Shown here: in pieces, positions 9,266 to 19,833 of the stretch | How the letters are laid out: every line of letters starts with the position of its first letter | Position numbering within the stretch: position 1 is the stretch's first letter | From: Polyangiaceae bacterium | GTDB taxonomy: Bacteria; Myxococcota_A; Polyangia; Polyangiales; Polyangiaceae | DNA: 41,819 bases | Direction: 5' to 3' | Assembly (NCBI GenBank): GCA_033763455.1 | Contig: JANRKO010000065.1 | Location: 1-41,819, forward strand | Made by a program: the position numbers and the translations under genes | The notes under the pieces: model-generated | Told to the model about the DNA's origin: nothing | Seen by the model: only the letters and a program-made list of their open reading frames with translations | Databases searched by the model: none

Positions 9266-10074
9266 CTCTCGTCGAGGAGCTGCTCGCGATCGCCAACGAG
9301 GCCGCCCTCCTGGTGATGGAGGTCTACAACCGCCCCTTCGAGGTGGATTTCAAGGGCCCCAACGATCCGGTGACAGAAGCTGATCGACGAGCGAACCAAT
9401 TTATCTGCGAACGGCTGGCGGCGCTTTGCCCCGGAGCGCCGATTGTTGCCGAAGAGAGCGACCCGCTGAGCTTTCGGGAGTTCCGGCAAGGGGAACGCAT
9501 CTTTTTCGTGGATCCCGTGGATGGCACTCGCGAATTCGTTCAGAAAAACGGACAATTTGCGGTAATGATCGGCATGGTGGAAGGAACCCGCGCAACGTGC
9601 GGCGTAATCGTGGCTCCAGCGCTTCAACAAGCGTGGGCTGGCGATCTCGAACACGGAGCGTTTGAGGTCGATGCTCAGGGAAAGCGCAAGACCATCCGAA
9701 CCAGTGACCACACCGAAGCGCGCGGCATTCGGATTGTAGCTTCGCGTTCTCACCGGACACCCACCGTACAAGCGGCACTAGATGCCATTGAAGGTGCTAA
9801 CGTGAGCGCCTTGGGGAGTGCTGGCCTGAAAGGTACTTGGGTGGCTAGTGGTCGTGCGGAGGCCTATGTTGCGCCCGGAGCAGCTGGGCAGCGCTGGGAT
9901 TGCTGCGCACTCGACGCCATCGTGACCGCAGCGGGTGGACGCGTGACGGATGCTTGGGGCGACCCGATCGACTATCGCGCCGGGCTCATCAATGATCGCG
10001 GCATCCTCGCTAGCAACGGGCACTTGCATGGATCCTTACTGGAGCAACTGGCAAAAATTCGTGGCGCGGGATGA
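9262..10074 (+). CDS. cysQ: 3'(2'),5'-bisphosphate nucleotidase CysQ / inositol monophosphatase family
   Basis: PVTEAD, AEES, FVDPVDGTREF, SRSH, GSAGLK, WD motifs. GTGA overlap with the upstream gene. Confidence 0.88.
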   Translation: MTLVEELLAIANEAALLVMEVYNRPFEVDFKGPNDPVTEADRRANQFICERLAALCPGAPIVAEESDPLSFREFRQGERIFFVDPVDGTREFVQKNGQFAVMIGMVEGTRATCGVIVAPALQQAWAGDLEHGAFEVDAQGKRKTIRTSDHTEARGIRIVASRSHRTPTVQAALDAIEGANVSALGSAGLKGTWVASGRAEAYVAPGAAGQRWDCCALDAIVTAAGGRVTDAWGDPIDYRAGLINDRGILASNGHLHGSLLEQLAKIRGAG

Positions 10075-11231
10075 GTAGAGCCATGCAGGGCAGGGCTGAC
10101 GTAGTCATCGTTGGAGCCGGAATCATGGGGCTCTCCATCGCTTATAATTTGGCGCGGCTCGCACCTAAACAACGCATCGTCGTATTGGAGCAGTCCTACC
10201 TTTGCAGCGGTGCCAGCGGGCGCAACGGTGGCGGTGTACGTGCGCAATGGTCGAGCCGCAGCAACATCTTATTAATGCAAGAGAGCCTCACTCTCTTTCG
10301 AGAATTTGCAGCTGAACACGGCATTAATACGTGGTTGCGGCAAGGGGGCTACCTCTTCCTCGTCCGCAGCCACGAGGGGGCCGAAATGCTCTCGCGGAAC
10401 GTGGAATTACAGCGCGAGCTCGGGCTTGATTCACGTACCGTGGAGCCGAAGGATTTGGGCACCATTGTGCCGGGGTTGGTGGGTGAAGGGGTTCAGCTCG
10501 CAAGCTATAATCCAGATGATTGCGTGGTATTTCCCTGGCCGTTGGTTTGGGGCTACGCGCGCTCGGCTGAACACTTGGGGGTAAAGATCCACCCCTTTAC
10601 GGAAGTGTTAGCGATTGAGACCACAGCTGGTGCCATTTCGGGAGTGCACACGCGCGAAGGGCGCATAGCTACTGACCGTGTGGTGCTAGCGTGCGGAGCC
10701 CTCAGCCCACGCCTCGCACGGACCGTGGACGTGGACGTTCCCACGCACCCGCAGCGTCACGAGATTTGCTCCAGCGAGCCGCTCAAGCCTTGGTTAACAC
10801 CACTCGTTGCAGACTTATCGAACGGTTTGTACTTCTCGCAGAGCACCCGCGGAGAAGTTGTGGGCGGAATTTCCAGCCCCACCGCGCCCACGGACGGGCG
10901 GCAAACAAGCTCCTGGGAGTTCCTCGCTCGCTACGCCCAAGGCCTATGCAACGTGTTTCCTCGGCTTGGCGCCGTCCGCATCCTCCGCCAATGGGCGGGC
11001 CTCTACGACATCAGCCCCGATCAAAATCCGGTGGTTGGAGAGGTGGATGAGCGGCCTGGCCTTTACCTAGCAAGCGGCTTTATGGGGCATGGCTTCATGA
11101 TGGCCCCCGCTGTGGGCCAAAGAGTGGCGGCTGCGCTCGCCGGTGGTGGAGCTTCTGAGATCCTTGCTCGGTGGAATCTTCGGCGCTTCCAAGAAGGGAA
11201 CCTGCTGAGCGAGAACATGATTATCGGCTGA
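10071..11231 (+). CDS. FAD-dependent oxidoreductase, DAO / sarcosine oxidase beta-like
   Basis: GAGIMG dinucleotide motif, GASGRNGGG, WAGLYD, GFMGHGFM. Confidence 0.9.
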   Translation: MSRAMQGRADVVIVGAGIMGLSIAYNLARLAPKQRIVVLEQSYLCSGASGRNGGGVRAQWSSRSNILLMQESLTLFREFAAEHGINTWLRQGGYLFLVRSHEGAEMLSRNVELQRELGLDSRTVEPKDLGTIVPGLVGEGVQLASYNPDDCVVFPWPLVWGYARSAEHLGVKIHPFTEVLAIETTAGAISGVHTREGRIATDRVVLACGALSPRLARTVDVDVPTHPQRHEICSSEPLKPWLTPLVADLSNGLYFSQSTRGEVVGGISSPTAPTDGRQTSSWEFLARYAQGLCNVFPRLGAVRILRQWAGLYDISPDQNPVVGEVDERPGLYLASGFMGHGFMMAPAVGQRVAAALAGGGASEILARWNLRRFQEGNLLSENMIIG

Positions 11232-11251
11232 TTCCGGCAAAGGCCGTTTCG

Positions 11252-11280
11252 TTGACAGGGTTTGCGCGGCAACGTACCGT
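11252..11280 (+). promoter_or_regulatory. Sigma70/SigA-type promoter
   Basis: TTGACA, 17-bp spacer, TACCGT, in the intergenic region upstream of 11517. Confidence 0.6.
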
Positions 11281-11516
11281 GTGCGTCGCCTGGGATGGTG
11301 TCTCGGCCCGGCGGCCACTTGCGGATCAGTGATTCGCACCGTGGTCTGATCAGGAGATTCTCAGGTTCCACACAAACGATGTTACTCGAGCGTTCGTTTG
11401 CACACCCCGCGCGACCCGTTTTCGGCCGAGCCTCTGATGTCGGAGGTTCCTCCGACCGACGCGGCTGCCGAGGGCCCCAGGCTGAGCAGACAACTTAGAG
11501 TTTAAGGAGAGTATTT

Positions 11517-13262
11517 ATGCTTCGCTCCTCACGCGCCATTCTTTCGATTGCCCAGCGTCTCACATTTGGAAGTCTCACTTCGCTAACCCTGGTTGCTGCT
11601 GCCTCGACACTCGTCGGCTGCAAGGACGAGAACCAGCCGGAGTACTGGATTGAGAAGGCACAGGAGCCTGCCTACCAAGCGCAAGCCATCAAACGCCTGG
11701 AGCAATTCTTCGAGGACACCTACGGTCGAGCTAATAGCGATCTGGCAGCGCCTGAAGTGCAAGCGCTCGTAAATAAGTTGGTTGACCCACTTACCAAGCT
11801 TTACGTGGATAATTTCGACACCCTAGCCACTAAAACGCGTGTGGATCTGATCCGCCTCTTGGCCACGTTCCGAGACAAGCGCGCCGAGCCCGCCCTCAAG
11901 AAGGCGCTCGAAGAGTTTGCGAAAAAGCCGCGCAGAAGCCGCGATGACGCCGACATCAAGTGGGCAGCCAATGCAGCCGCCGACATGAAGCTTCCGAGCT
12001 TGATCGGCCCGATGATTGCCAGCTTCGACAAACTGCGCGCAAGCTCGATGCTGGGTGGGATTACCTACCAAGACTACAACAAGGCCCTGGTGGAACTGCA
12101 CGACAAGTCCTGGGTGGGCCTTTTGGCGCAAAAGCTGGAGCCAGAAATCCCCCAGCCCAAGAAGGACGATAAAGACTCTTTCGACCAGGCTCGGGATCAG
12201 TTGTTCTGGCAAACGACAGCCGCTGAAGTCCTGGGATTCACTGGCGACCCAAGCGCGGTGAACCCCCTATTACAAGTGGTGCTCGACCCAGCCAAAAGAG
12301 ACGTGCACGCTACAGCATTCTTGGCGTTAGTGAAGCTTGGAAAGCCCGCGGTTGAGAGCGCCATCAAGGTGCTAAACGGTGAAGATCAGAAGCTCGTCGC
12401 CTTTTCCATACTGCGCCAGAAGGCTGCAGGGGCGAAAGAAGCCACCAACTTGCACGTCCCAACTATGGCCATCCTCATTGGGACAGCCGGGCGCCCCGAG
12501 GGGCGTGCTGCCCTCATGGCAGCCCTCGCAAAAGAAACGGACGAGGTCACTAAGGCCATTCTTGCGAGGGAGTTGGCCAAGATCCCAGCTACCGCCGAAT
12601 CGAAGCAAGCCTTCAAGGCGGCCTTCGAGTCTATCGCACTCGACACCATGATTCCTCCAGGCAACCCAGCCCTCCAGGTGCTTACCGAAGCCGCAGGGCA
12701 GTTCTACGATCCTGAGATGGTAACCTGGCTTTTAGATCGCGCCGAAGCTGTAAAGGGTGACCCCGAAGAGAAGAAGGCGCTGCAGGGCTCCATCACCATC
12801 ACAGCTCTGAAGCTCGCAAAACCGGATCAGCTGCCCGCGGTAAAGAAAGCCGTCGACCGCTACGGTACGTCAATCGAAAAAGGTCTCTACACCCAAGCCG
12901 AGAAGATCCTCACGGCCTGTGGAGATCGCGTTGGCTGTTACCTTACGGCTATCGAAAAGCGTGAGAACCAAGAGAACGATACTCAATTCATCGGGATCAA
13001 AGCTGGCTACATGATCGGAATTCTCGGCAATGACCAAAGCCGTAGTGATCTCATTCAGCGCCTCGACAGCATAGACAATGCAGCGCTCCGTTTCGTCTCG
13101 GCTCAGGCCATCGACCAGCTCTCCCCCAAGGGCTCAAAAGAGGCCGCTGCTTCACTGCGCATGATCATCGAAAAGAACGCTAAATCTCCCGATAGGAACA
13201 AGGCCGCGGGCGACAGCGCCCTCAAGCAGGTCATGTACCGAATTGAGTCCCGAGCGAACTAG
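11517..13262 (+). CDS. HEAT/ARM-repeat lipoprotein, function unknown
   Basis: RBS TAAGGAG, signal peptide with lipobox LVGC, repeated amphipathic helices such as AAEVLGFTGDPSAVNPLLQVV. Confidence 0.82.
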   Translation: MLRSSRAILSIAQRLTFGSLTSLTLVAAASTLVGCKDENQPEYWIEKAQEPAYQAQAIKRLEQFFEDTYGRANSDLAAPEVQALVNKLVDPLTKLYVDNFDTLATKTRVDLIRLLATFRDKRAEPALKKALEEFAKKPRRSRDDADIKWAANAAADMKLPSLIGPMIASFDKLRASSMLGGITYQDYNKALVELHDKSWVGLLAQKLEPEIPQPKKDDKDSFDQARDQLFWQTTAAEVLGFTGDPSAVNPLLQVVLDPAKRDVHATAFLALVKLGKPAVESAIKVLNGEDQKLVAFSILRQKAAGAKEATNLHVPTMAILIGTAGRPEGRAALMAALAKETDEVTKAILARELAKIPATAESKQAFKAAFESIALDTMIPPGNPALQVLTEAAGQFYDPEMVTWLLDRAEAVKGDPEEKKALQGSITITALKLAKPDQLPAVKKAVDRYGTSIEKGLYTQAEKILTACGDRVGCYLTAIEKRENQENDTQFIGIKAGYMIGILGNDQSRSDLIQRLDSIDNAALRFVSAQAIDQLSPKGSKEAAASLRMIIEKNAKSPDRNKAAGDSALKQVMYRIESRAN

Positions 13263-13269
13263 TCCGGAA

Positions 13270-13288
13270 GGCCGGGCCAGCCCCGGCC
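13270..13288 (+). terminator. Possible terminator hairpin
   Basis: GGCCGGG-ccagc-CCCGGCC just after the stop at 13262, with only an interrupted T-rich tail. Confidence 0.3.
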
Positions 13289-13312
13289 GCCGCTTGTTGC
13301 TTTGGTGAGCCC

Positions 13313-14944
13313 ATGAATATGGAAGACGAGAGCGAGCCGGAACACCTAGTTTCGGTTCGCCCGCTTTCTGAATTACCCGAGCAGACGTCTTCGGACCAGC
13401 GTAACGCTGATGTGCTTCGGGCGTGGCACGCGGCACAACGCTCCATTGGCCCCGCCTCCACTTTGCACGATGTGTTAGCAGCAGTGGCGGACGGAGCTCT
13501 CACGCTGCTCGGAAACGCCACCCACGTAACCCTCGTGTTGGGTGATGAGAGCACGGAGGCCTCCCCGCCCGAACTTTCCTCGTTTGTTCCAGTGATAACT
13601 CGCGTCCGGAAGGCAGATGGCTCCTTCTCCACGCCCCCCGAGGGCGTACGCGTTGCACGCAGCGTTTTTCGGAAGGTGATTCGAGAGCGAGCCGCTGTGT
13701 TAGCCGCCGACGCTCCAGATGAAACGTTCAGCTCAGAATCCCTTCTGGGCGCAAGCATTCGCAGCACCTTGGCGGTGCCCCTGTGGCGAGGGAACGTAGT
13801 AGTGGGCGTCCTACAGGCAGACAACCGCGACGCTCCGGCCATGTTCGATTCCACCGACATGGAAGCCCTCGCCGTGCTTGCCGCATATGCCTCATTAGCC
13901 ATCGTGAATGCGCGGTTGATCGGGCGCTTGAAAACTGCTGAGGCCGCCCTCGAGAGAGAAAACGTGTTCCTCAAGGCCCGCGAGCGCCAACGCGCAGGGC
14001 ACGTCCAGATCCTCGGGGAGAGCCCCAAGCTCCGCGCGCTCATCACGCAGTTGGAGAAGGTGGTCGATACGCGAGTAACCGTGTTGATCCAGGGAGAGAC
14101 AGGCACCGGCAAGGAACTTATAGCCTCCTTTTTGCACTACCAATCCACACGCGCGAGCAAGCTCTTTGTGGCGCAGAACTGCGCTGCCTTGCCCGAGAAT
14201 TTGCTCGAAAGCGAGCTCTTTGGCCACAAGCGCGGAGCCTTCACGGGAGCCACCGAGGATAAAAAAGGCCTCTTTGAAATGGCCAACCTCGGCACGCTTT
14301 TCCTAGATGAGATTGGCGAAATGCCGCTAGGCCTCCAAGCAAAGCTCCTCCGCGTCCTTCAGGAAGGTGAGATCCGTGCGGTGGGTGCCACCGCAGCGCG
14401 ACACGTGGATGTACGCATCGTTGCGGCGACCAATCGAGACCTGGAAGCCGAGGTTAAGCAGGGACGTTTTCGCGAAGATCTCTTCTACCGAATTACAGCT
14501 TTTCCGGTCCAAGCTCCGCCGCTCCGCGAGAGGCGCGAAGATATCCCGATCCTGGCACGCCACTTCCTCGGTGTTTACGCCAGAGAGCTTGGTAAATCCG
14601 TTCCTGGCTTCTCTCAAGAAGCCCTAGAGCTACTCTCGAGCTACGCCTTCCCCGGCAATGTGCGCGAGCTCCAGAACGAAATCCAACGCATGGTGATCCA
14701 GGCGGATGCGGGTGCCTTCATCACCAGCGAGCTTCTGAGCCCGCGTGTGCGCCGCCTGGAAAGCTTGGTGGACGAGGCCGACACGCAACCAGGTGCCCTG
14801 CGCGACATGATGGACCAGGTGGAGCGCTTCCTCTTAGTGCGGTCTCTTAAAGAACACGCCAACAACAAGACGGCTGCGGCACGTGCGCTCGGAATTACGC
14901 GCGAAGGCCTGCACAAGAAGTTGCGGCAATTGAAGATAAGCTGA
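13313..14944 (+). CDS. Sigma54 enhancer-binding protein (GAF-AAA+-Fis HTH)
   Basis: GAF ([10 protein letters not shown]...GVLQADN), [30 protein letters not shown], and [23 protein letters not shown]. Confidence 0.95.
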   Translation: MNMEDESEPEHLVSVRPLSELPEQTSSDQRNADVLRAWHAAQRSIGPASTLHDVLAAVADGALTLLGNATHVTLVLGDESTEASPPELSSFVPVITRVRKADGSFSTPPEGVRVARSVFRKVIRERAAVLAADAPDETFSSESLLGASIRSTLAVPLWRGNVVVGVLQADNRDAPAMFDSTDMEALAVLAAYASLAIVNARLIGRLKTAEAALERENVFLKARERQRAGHVQILGESPKLRALITQLEKVVDTRVTVLIQGETGTGKELIASFLHYQSTRASKLFVAQNCAALPENLLESELFGHKRGAFTGATEDKKGLFEMANLGTLFLDEIGEMPLGLQAKLLRVLQEGEIRAVGATAARHVDVRIVAATNRDLEAEVKQGRFREDLFYRITAFPVQAPPLRERREDIPILARHFLGVYARELGKSVPGFSQEALELLSSYAFPGNVRELQNEIQRMVIQADAGAFITSELLSPRVRRLESLVDEADTQPGALRDMMDQVERFLLVRSLKEHANNKTAAARALGITREGLHKKLRQLKIS

Positions 14945-15168
14945 GGGTGCGTTCGAGATAGGTGCTACGCCCAATATTTACGCCGCGAGCTTCGAGAACA
15001 AAAGGACGCGCGGATAACCGCACTCCGCGTCCTGATACCGAGCCCGGAAGCACGTCATTGTTTCGCCGAAAGAACGACACTGCGCACGTGAGGCATGGCC
15101 TCGAGTCGGGCTCCTGGCCCTGGGCACATTTTATCCCTTGGTGCTCGACCCCATTGCGCTCGCAACCA

Positions 15169-15203
15169 AGGTACTTAGCATGACAAGTATCTCTTACTGA
15201 AGC
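15169..15203 (-). repeat. 35-bp intergenic motif, copy A
   Basis: Minus strand GCTTCAGtaagAGATACTTGTCATGCTAAGtACCT; 31/35 identical to 25504..25538. Confidence 0.85.
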
Positions 15204-15330
15204 AAGCCCGTCAGCAGATTCCAGGGGCGACCTGGGGCCGGCAAAGTACCTTTCCGCAGCCACTTACCCAAATGGAACAGACCCGTCGTTCAGTTGCGGC
15301 TTGAAAACCATGCGTGCGAAGCGGACCCAA

Positions 15331-18300
15331 CTACTGGATCCCGTAGTCTCGCAAACGTCGATAGAACGTGCGGCGGGGCATACCCATGATTTCAGCCGCT
15401 CGAACACGGTTCCAGTTGCTCGTGCGCAGCGCCTCCAGCATGCGGTCGCGTTCGCTCGTGCGTGTTTGGGAAGGAGCGCGCCTAGAAATTGGCTCGTCGG
15501 AGATAGCCGTGACCGGTTCCCGCATTGGCTCGGGAGTGGATGCTACGCCGGCCGCTGAGGGGATAGAGACCGGCTTGGCTGGAGGCCCCGCCCCCCGAAC
15601 TTTGGGCAACACGAAGTGAGCCTCGGGCAACGAAAAATCACCCGGCACCAACTCATCTTCATCGCTCATAACCCATGCGTTGAGCAGCACATGTTCGAGT
15701 TGCCGAACGTTCCCCGGCCAATGATAGGCTTCTAAATTCCGAAGCGCTTCGCGCGACACGGACTTCTTGTCGCGCTTATAGCGCGCGGCAAACAGACCCA
15801 AGAAATAGTCCACCAGCTGGGGAATATCTTCCGCCCGCTCGCGCAAGGCTGGAAGATGCAGGTTCACCACTTGGATCCGATAAAAAAGATCTTCGCGAAA
15901 CAAACCCTTCTGCACCAAATCTGCAAGGTCTCGGTTGGTGGCAAACAACACACGCACATCCACCGGCTCCTCTGCCTGCCCGCCCACAGGGCGCACGGTT
16001 CGCTCTTGAAGCACGCGCAGGAGCCCCACTTGCATCTTGAGCGGCAAATCTCCAATTTCATCGAGCAGTAGGCTGCCGCCGGAAGCCTCGCGGAATAACC
16101 CTCGGCGATCGCGATCGGCGCCGGTGAAGGCTCCGCGAACGTGTCCGAAAAGCTCGGTTTCCAAGAGGTTCTCTGGGATGGCTCCGCAGTTGATGGCCAA
16201 CAGCTTGCCTCGACTTCTTTCGGAAGCCGTATGGATGGCACGCGCCACAACTTCTTTACCAGTTCCGCTTTCGCCCGTGATCAACACCGGGATGTCGGCA
16301 TCTTTCACGCGTTCGATGAGTGAATACGCCTTGCGCATAGCGGCACTCGTACCGACGAGGCCTTGATAGCCAAAATGCCCGTAAAGCGTGTCGCGCGCAT
16401 CGCGCAACTTTCGGCGAGCTTGCTTCAGCTTGCTGGTGCGTTCCTCTAGCAACTCGGAAATCTGGGCCTGTTTTGCTAGAAGCGCTTGGTTGGCCAATTC
16501 GAGTTCGTCGGCGCGCGTTTTGTTCTCGTTGATGAGCCGCGCATTTTCGAGGGCTATCGCCATTTGATCGGCGAACGCCGAGAGTGTGGGCAATTCTGCC
16601 TCGAATTGCGCGCCGGGACGCAGGCGGGTTTCCAGGTAGAGTGCGCCCACGGCACCGCCCGATGGATCGCGAATGGGCACGCACGCAACCGACTGCAAGC
16701 GCATTTGATGGACTGAGGCATACCCCTGCATGCGGGCGTCATCGCGCGCGGAGAGGCTCACTATCGGTTCCCCGTTCGCAATGACCTTCTCAGCGATTGA
16801 GCGAGAGAATTCCAGCTGCGTGCCGTCACCTTTGGCAACGCGGGACGTGTAAAGCTGCACACTGCCATCCGCACGCTTCAGAAGAACGGCTCCGCCTTCG
16901 GCTCGCAACAAGCCCACCGCAGAATCTATGATGCGCGCGGTTAGCCGTTCAAGATCCCAGACGCCCACGAGCTCGTGGTTAACCTCCAGAATGCGCGCCA
17001 AACGGTGCTCAAGCGGTGTGGCGGAAAGCTGGGAGATGGAGCTGCTCGTTGTGCCAGAACTGCGAGGAGTAGAAGCGGCGTGCGCGGGGATTGCTCGATA
17101 TTCCGTCGCGGCCTGCGCAAGGCCCGATTGAACTTGAGCTCTGAGCTCGCGCCGCCGAACGTCATTCCAATAAACTTCGCGCAAATCGCGCGGCAACTGA
17201 GCCGCAATATCTTCGAGCACGGCGAGTGCTTCTTCGCCATCGCGCCGCGCACGCACGCCCTGCCCACCCTCTTCCTCCAAGCTCGCCCGGATCTGAAGCG
17301 CCCGCCACACCCACTCCCGCTGCCCCGACTCGCGCGAACACGCGATAGCCGCATCCAGGCTTGCGCGAGCGCGTGACTCGTCTTTGGCCAAGGTATGAAT
17401 GCGCGCTTCGGCCAGGTGAAAGAGGGGCCGATGAGCGTTGCTGCCCGTGAGCTCTGTACGCGCTAGCTCCAACCGTTGGCGCAGATGAGCTACATCGGCG
17501 TAGGGCAAACGCGCACCGGCTAGGATGCTTTCCAAGCGAGCTTCTGCGGCGTCCAAGCTACGCCCGAGTGCATCGTAGGCCGCCGCACAAGCTTCGTACG
17601 CACTCACGGCAGCTTCTAGCTCGTTGTTCTTGAGACGAAGTTCCGCTTGAAGCCCCAGGAGCTGAGCACGCGTTTCGGCAGGCAGTTGATCGCGCTGTTG
17701 CTCAAGCGCCTCGATTCCTGAACGAGCCTTGGCAAGCCGCCCGAGGTAGAGGTCAAGGTTGGCCAAATTGAGCAGCGCCTGCCGCACCGCCGAGCGCCGC
17801 CCGGAGCGCCGCCCGCTATCGAGCGCCGATTCATAGCGTTCAATGGCCTGCGCAATATCACCTTGAACTTTGCAGAGACCCGCCAAATTGAGCTGCAAAT
17901 TGGCGAGCATCCCGGCATCTCCGGCAACCTCTGCGGCCAACAGCGCACGCTCAAAGATCTCTTTGGCGCGGCCCAACTGCTCTCTTCTTTGCGCGACCAG
18001 TGCGAGCGAGCCCAAAGCTATCGCTTCCACTCTGGCAGAACCCGCAACTTTGGCGGACTCGACCGCCTCCAGCAGTTGCTTTTCGGCAGCTTCAGGCTGA
18101 TTCAGGAGTAAATTCCCAAGCCCCTCGTAAGCGCGCGCCTCAGCCGCAAGAATTGGATCTGCCGTACGAAGAGTGGTGAGCCGAGCCACGGCCTCCGTAC
18201 ATTCACCGTTGCCGATGAGAGCGCGCGCCAGATAGACCTGCCACTCGGCGGCGAGATCTACACGCATGGTGCTGGTCGCCAGGGATTCGAAGGCCCTGAG

Positions 18301-19833
18301 ATCTGCTGCCGCCCGTGCGGCCTCTCCGAGAAATATGTCCGAGCGAGCCTGGAGAATAGCCCAGGTTAACTTCTCATCGGCGGTCTCTGGAATGGCTACC
18401 GAGAGGGCCGCGGCAACTTCGTTGAAGCGCCCTTTTTCAAGCATGAATCGCGCGCGATCAAGCGGGGCCTCTGGCACCAGAGATTTGGCTGAGCCTTCGG
18501 CGAGCACCGCCTCAATGTCGTCAGCGGAAACCACTGCTTGCCCAGCGATACGGGCCACAATTTGCCGCAGATCCCCAGGGCGCCCAGCGCTGGCTTCCAC
18601 AATTCTCGCCAAGTGCCGCTCCGTTAACGCTGGTACCGCCCTGCGAACGAGCTCGCGCGCTGCGGCAGCATCCAACCCGGAAACGACATAGCGCTTGGCC
18701 ATGGGGAATAGCTGCTCCCCTCCCACCACTACCAGGCGTGCCCCCTCCGCAACTGCCTGCATGAGCTCGGTGATTCGGACTTGTGGCAAACTTTCGACGT
18801 CATCCACCAACACAAAAGGCAACGTGTCCGTCGCTAGAGCGTGCAACGGAAGCTTTGCGCCCGTTTCCGTAAAACGACTCGGCTCATCAATGAATGTGAC
18901 GGGAAGCCCCGCCAGGCCTAGCGACCATGCAAGCCGGCGCAGGAGCGCACTTCTGCCCGAGCCTGGAGCACCTACAACACACAAGACCTCATTGGCTTCC
19001 AGGCTAAGCACGAGCGCTCTCAGGTTCTCACTAGAAGCGTCGATCCCTACAATTGGCCAAATCGCCGCGCGGGTAGCGTGATAGCTTTCGCTGGGGAGCC
19101 GCGCAGCACGCCGGAGCGCACTCGCGAATTCATCGGCAGAAGGGTAGCGTTCGGAAGGCAATTGCGCGATCGCACGCTGAGCCACCGCCTCAAGATCGTG
19201 AGCTTCGTCCTCGGTTAACTGCTGACGGCTGCCGTATTCGAGGGCTTCACTCAAAGTTACCCCGAGGGCGTAAACCTCCGCACGTACCGTAAGAGGCTTG
19301 CCCAAAAACAGCTCTGGCGCCGCGTAGCGTGGCGTAAGGCCTTCGGGCCTCACTCCGTGTTCCTGCCAAGGTGCGGCAAGGCCTAGATCCACCAGCGTAA
19401 CGCGGCCTCCAGACTCCACAATGATGTTGGCGGGCTTCACGTCCCCATGCAGCAAGCCCGACCGATGGAGCACGGTGAGCTGCTCAGATGCTTTGGCCAG
19501 AGCTTCCAGAAGGCTAGCTAGCGGTGCATGAGCCTGGAACTGCTCCTCTAGGCTCTGCCCTGAGATCAGCTCACGCACCAAATACGGCTTCAGGATCCCC
19601 GGCAGGCGACCAAACGCGAGCACGCGTGGCACGCCGAGCCCTTCGAGCCCACTTAACGCAGTGGCCTCACGCACCAACGCTTCCATCTCGCGGTGAGTGG
19701 CATCCGAACTCAACACCTTGAGCGCGCAGCGAAGCCCGTTATAGCGGTCCTCGACCTCCCACACCTGACCTCCGCCCCCCCGGCCCAGGCAGGCGACCGG
19801 CCGGTAGCGGGGCGGGAACGCTAGCTCATCCAC
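15331..19833 (-). CDS. Ser/Thr kinase - degenerate P-loop - TPR - GAF - sigma54 AAA+ - Fis HTH fusion activator
   Basis: Kinase motifs GRGGGG, ALK, HGDVKPAN, DLG, APE; GAPGSGRS; Ala-rich TPR-like helices; GAF (SVACVPI, GALYLE); GESGTGKE, GAFTGA, LLDEIGD, WPGNVRQL; HTH NRVRAAEIMGMPRRTFYRRL. Confidence 0.92.
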   Translation of the reverse strand: MDELAFPPRYRPVACLGRGGGGQVWEVEDRYNGLRCALKVLSSDATHREMEALVREATALSGLEGLGVPRVLAFGRLPGILKPYLVRELISGQSLEEQFQAHAPLASLLEALAKASEQLTVLHRSGLLHGDVKPANIIVESGGRVTLVDLGLAAPWQEHGVRPEGLTPRYAAPELFLGKPLTVRAEVYALGVTLSEALEYGSRQQLTEDEAHDLEAVAQRAIAQLPSERYPSADEFASALRRAARLPSESYHATRAAIWPIVGIDASSENLRALVLSLEANEVLCVVGAPGSGRSALLRRLAWSLGLAGLPVTFIDEPSRFTETGAKLPLHALATDTLPFVLVDDVESLPQVRITELMQAVAEGARLVVVGGEQLFPMAKRYVVSGLDAAAARELVRRAVPALTERHLARIVEASAGRPGDLRQIVARIAGQAVVSADDIEAVLAEGSAKSLVPEAPLDRARFMLEKGRFNEVAAALSVAIPETADEKLTWAILQARSDIFLGEAARAAADLRAFESLATSTMRVDLAAEWQVYLARALIGNGECTEAVARLTTLRTADPILAAEARAYEGLGNLLLNQPEAAEKQLLEAVESAKVAGSARVEAIALGSLALVAQRREQLGRAKEIFERALLAAEVAGDAGMLANLQLNLAGLCKVQGDIAQAIERYESALDSGRRSGRRSAVRQALLNLANLDLYLGRLAKARSGIEALEQQRDQLPAETRAQLLGLQAELRLKNNELEAAVSAYEACAAAYDALGRSLDAAEARLESILAGARLPYADVAHLRQRLELARTELTGSNAHRPLFHLAEARIHTLAKDESRARASLDAAIACSRESGQREWVWRALQIRASLEEEGGQGVRARRDGEEALAVLEDIAAQLPRDLREVYWNDVRRRELRAQVQSGLAQAATEYRAIPAHAASTPRSSGTTSSSISQLSATPLEHRLARILEVNHELVGVWDLERLTARIIDSAVGLLRAEGGAVLLKRADGSVQLYTSRVAKGDGTQLEFSRSIAEKVIANGEPIVSLSARDDARMQGYASVHQMRLQSVACVPIRDPSGGAVGALYLETRLRPGAQFEAELPTLSAFADQMAIALENARLINENKTRADELELANQALLAKQAQISELLEERTSKLKQARRKLRDARDTLYGHFGYQGLVGTSAAMRKAYSLIERVKDADIPVLITGESGTGKEVVARAIHTASERSRGKLLAINCGAIPENLLETELFGHVRGAFTGADRDRRGLFREASGGSLLLDEIGDLPLKMQVGLLRVLQERTVRPVGGQAEEPVDVRVLFATNRDLADLVQKGLFREDLFYRIQVVNLHLPALRERAEDIPQLVDYFLGLFAARYKRDKKSVSREALRNLEAYHWPGNVRQLEHVLLNAWVMSDEDELVPGDFSLPEAHFVLPKVRGAGPPAKPVSIPSAAGVASTPEPMREPVTAISDEPISRRAPSQTRTSERDRMLEALRTSNWNRVRAAEIMGMPRRTFYRRLRDYGIQ

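Noticed and set aside
10071..11231. Sarcosine oxidase or hydrogen cyanide synthase operon
   Set aside because: Only a single beta-like subunit is present, with no partner subunits adjacent, so the substrate cannot be assigned.
15003..15033. Hairpin AGGACGCG...CGCGTCCT as a distinct ncRNA
   Set aside because: It lies shortly after a stop codon between convergent genes and is adequately explained as a terminator-like structure; there is no other support.
15169..15203. Chromosomal dif site
   Set aside because: Only a XerD-like arm is present, there is no XerC-like arm at 6-bp spacing, and there are two copies.
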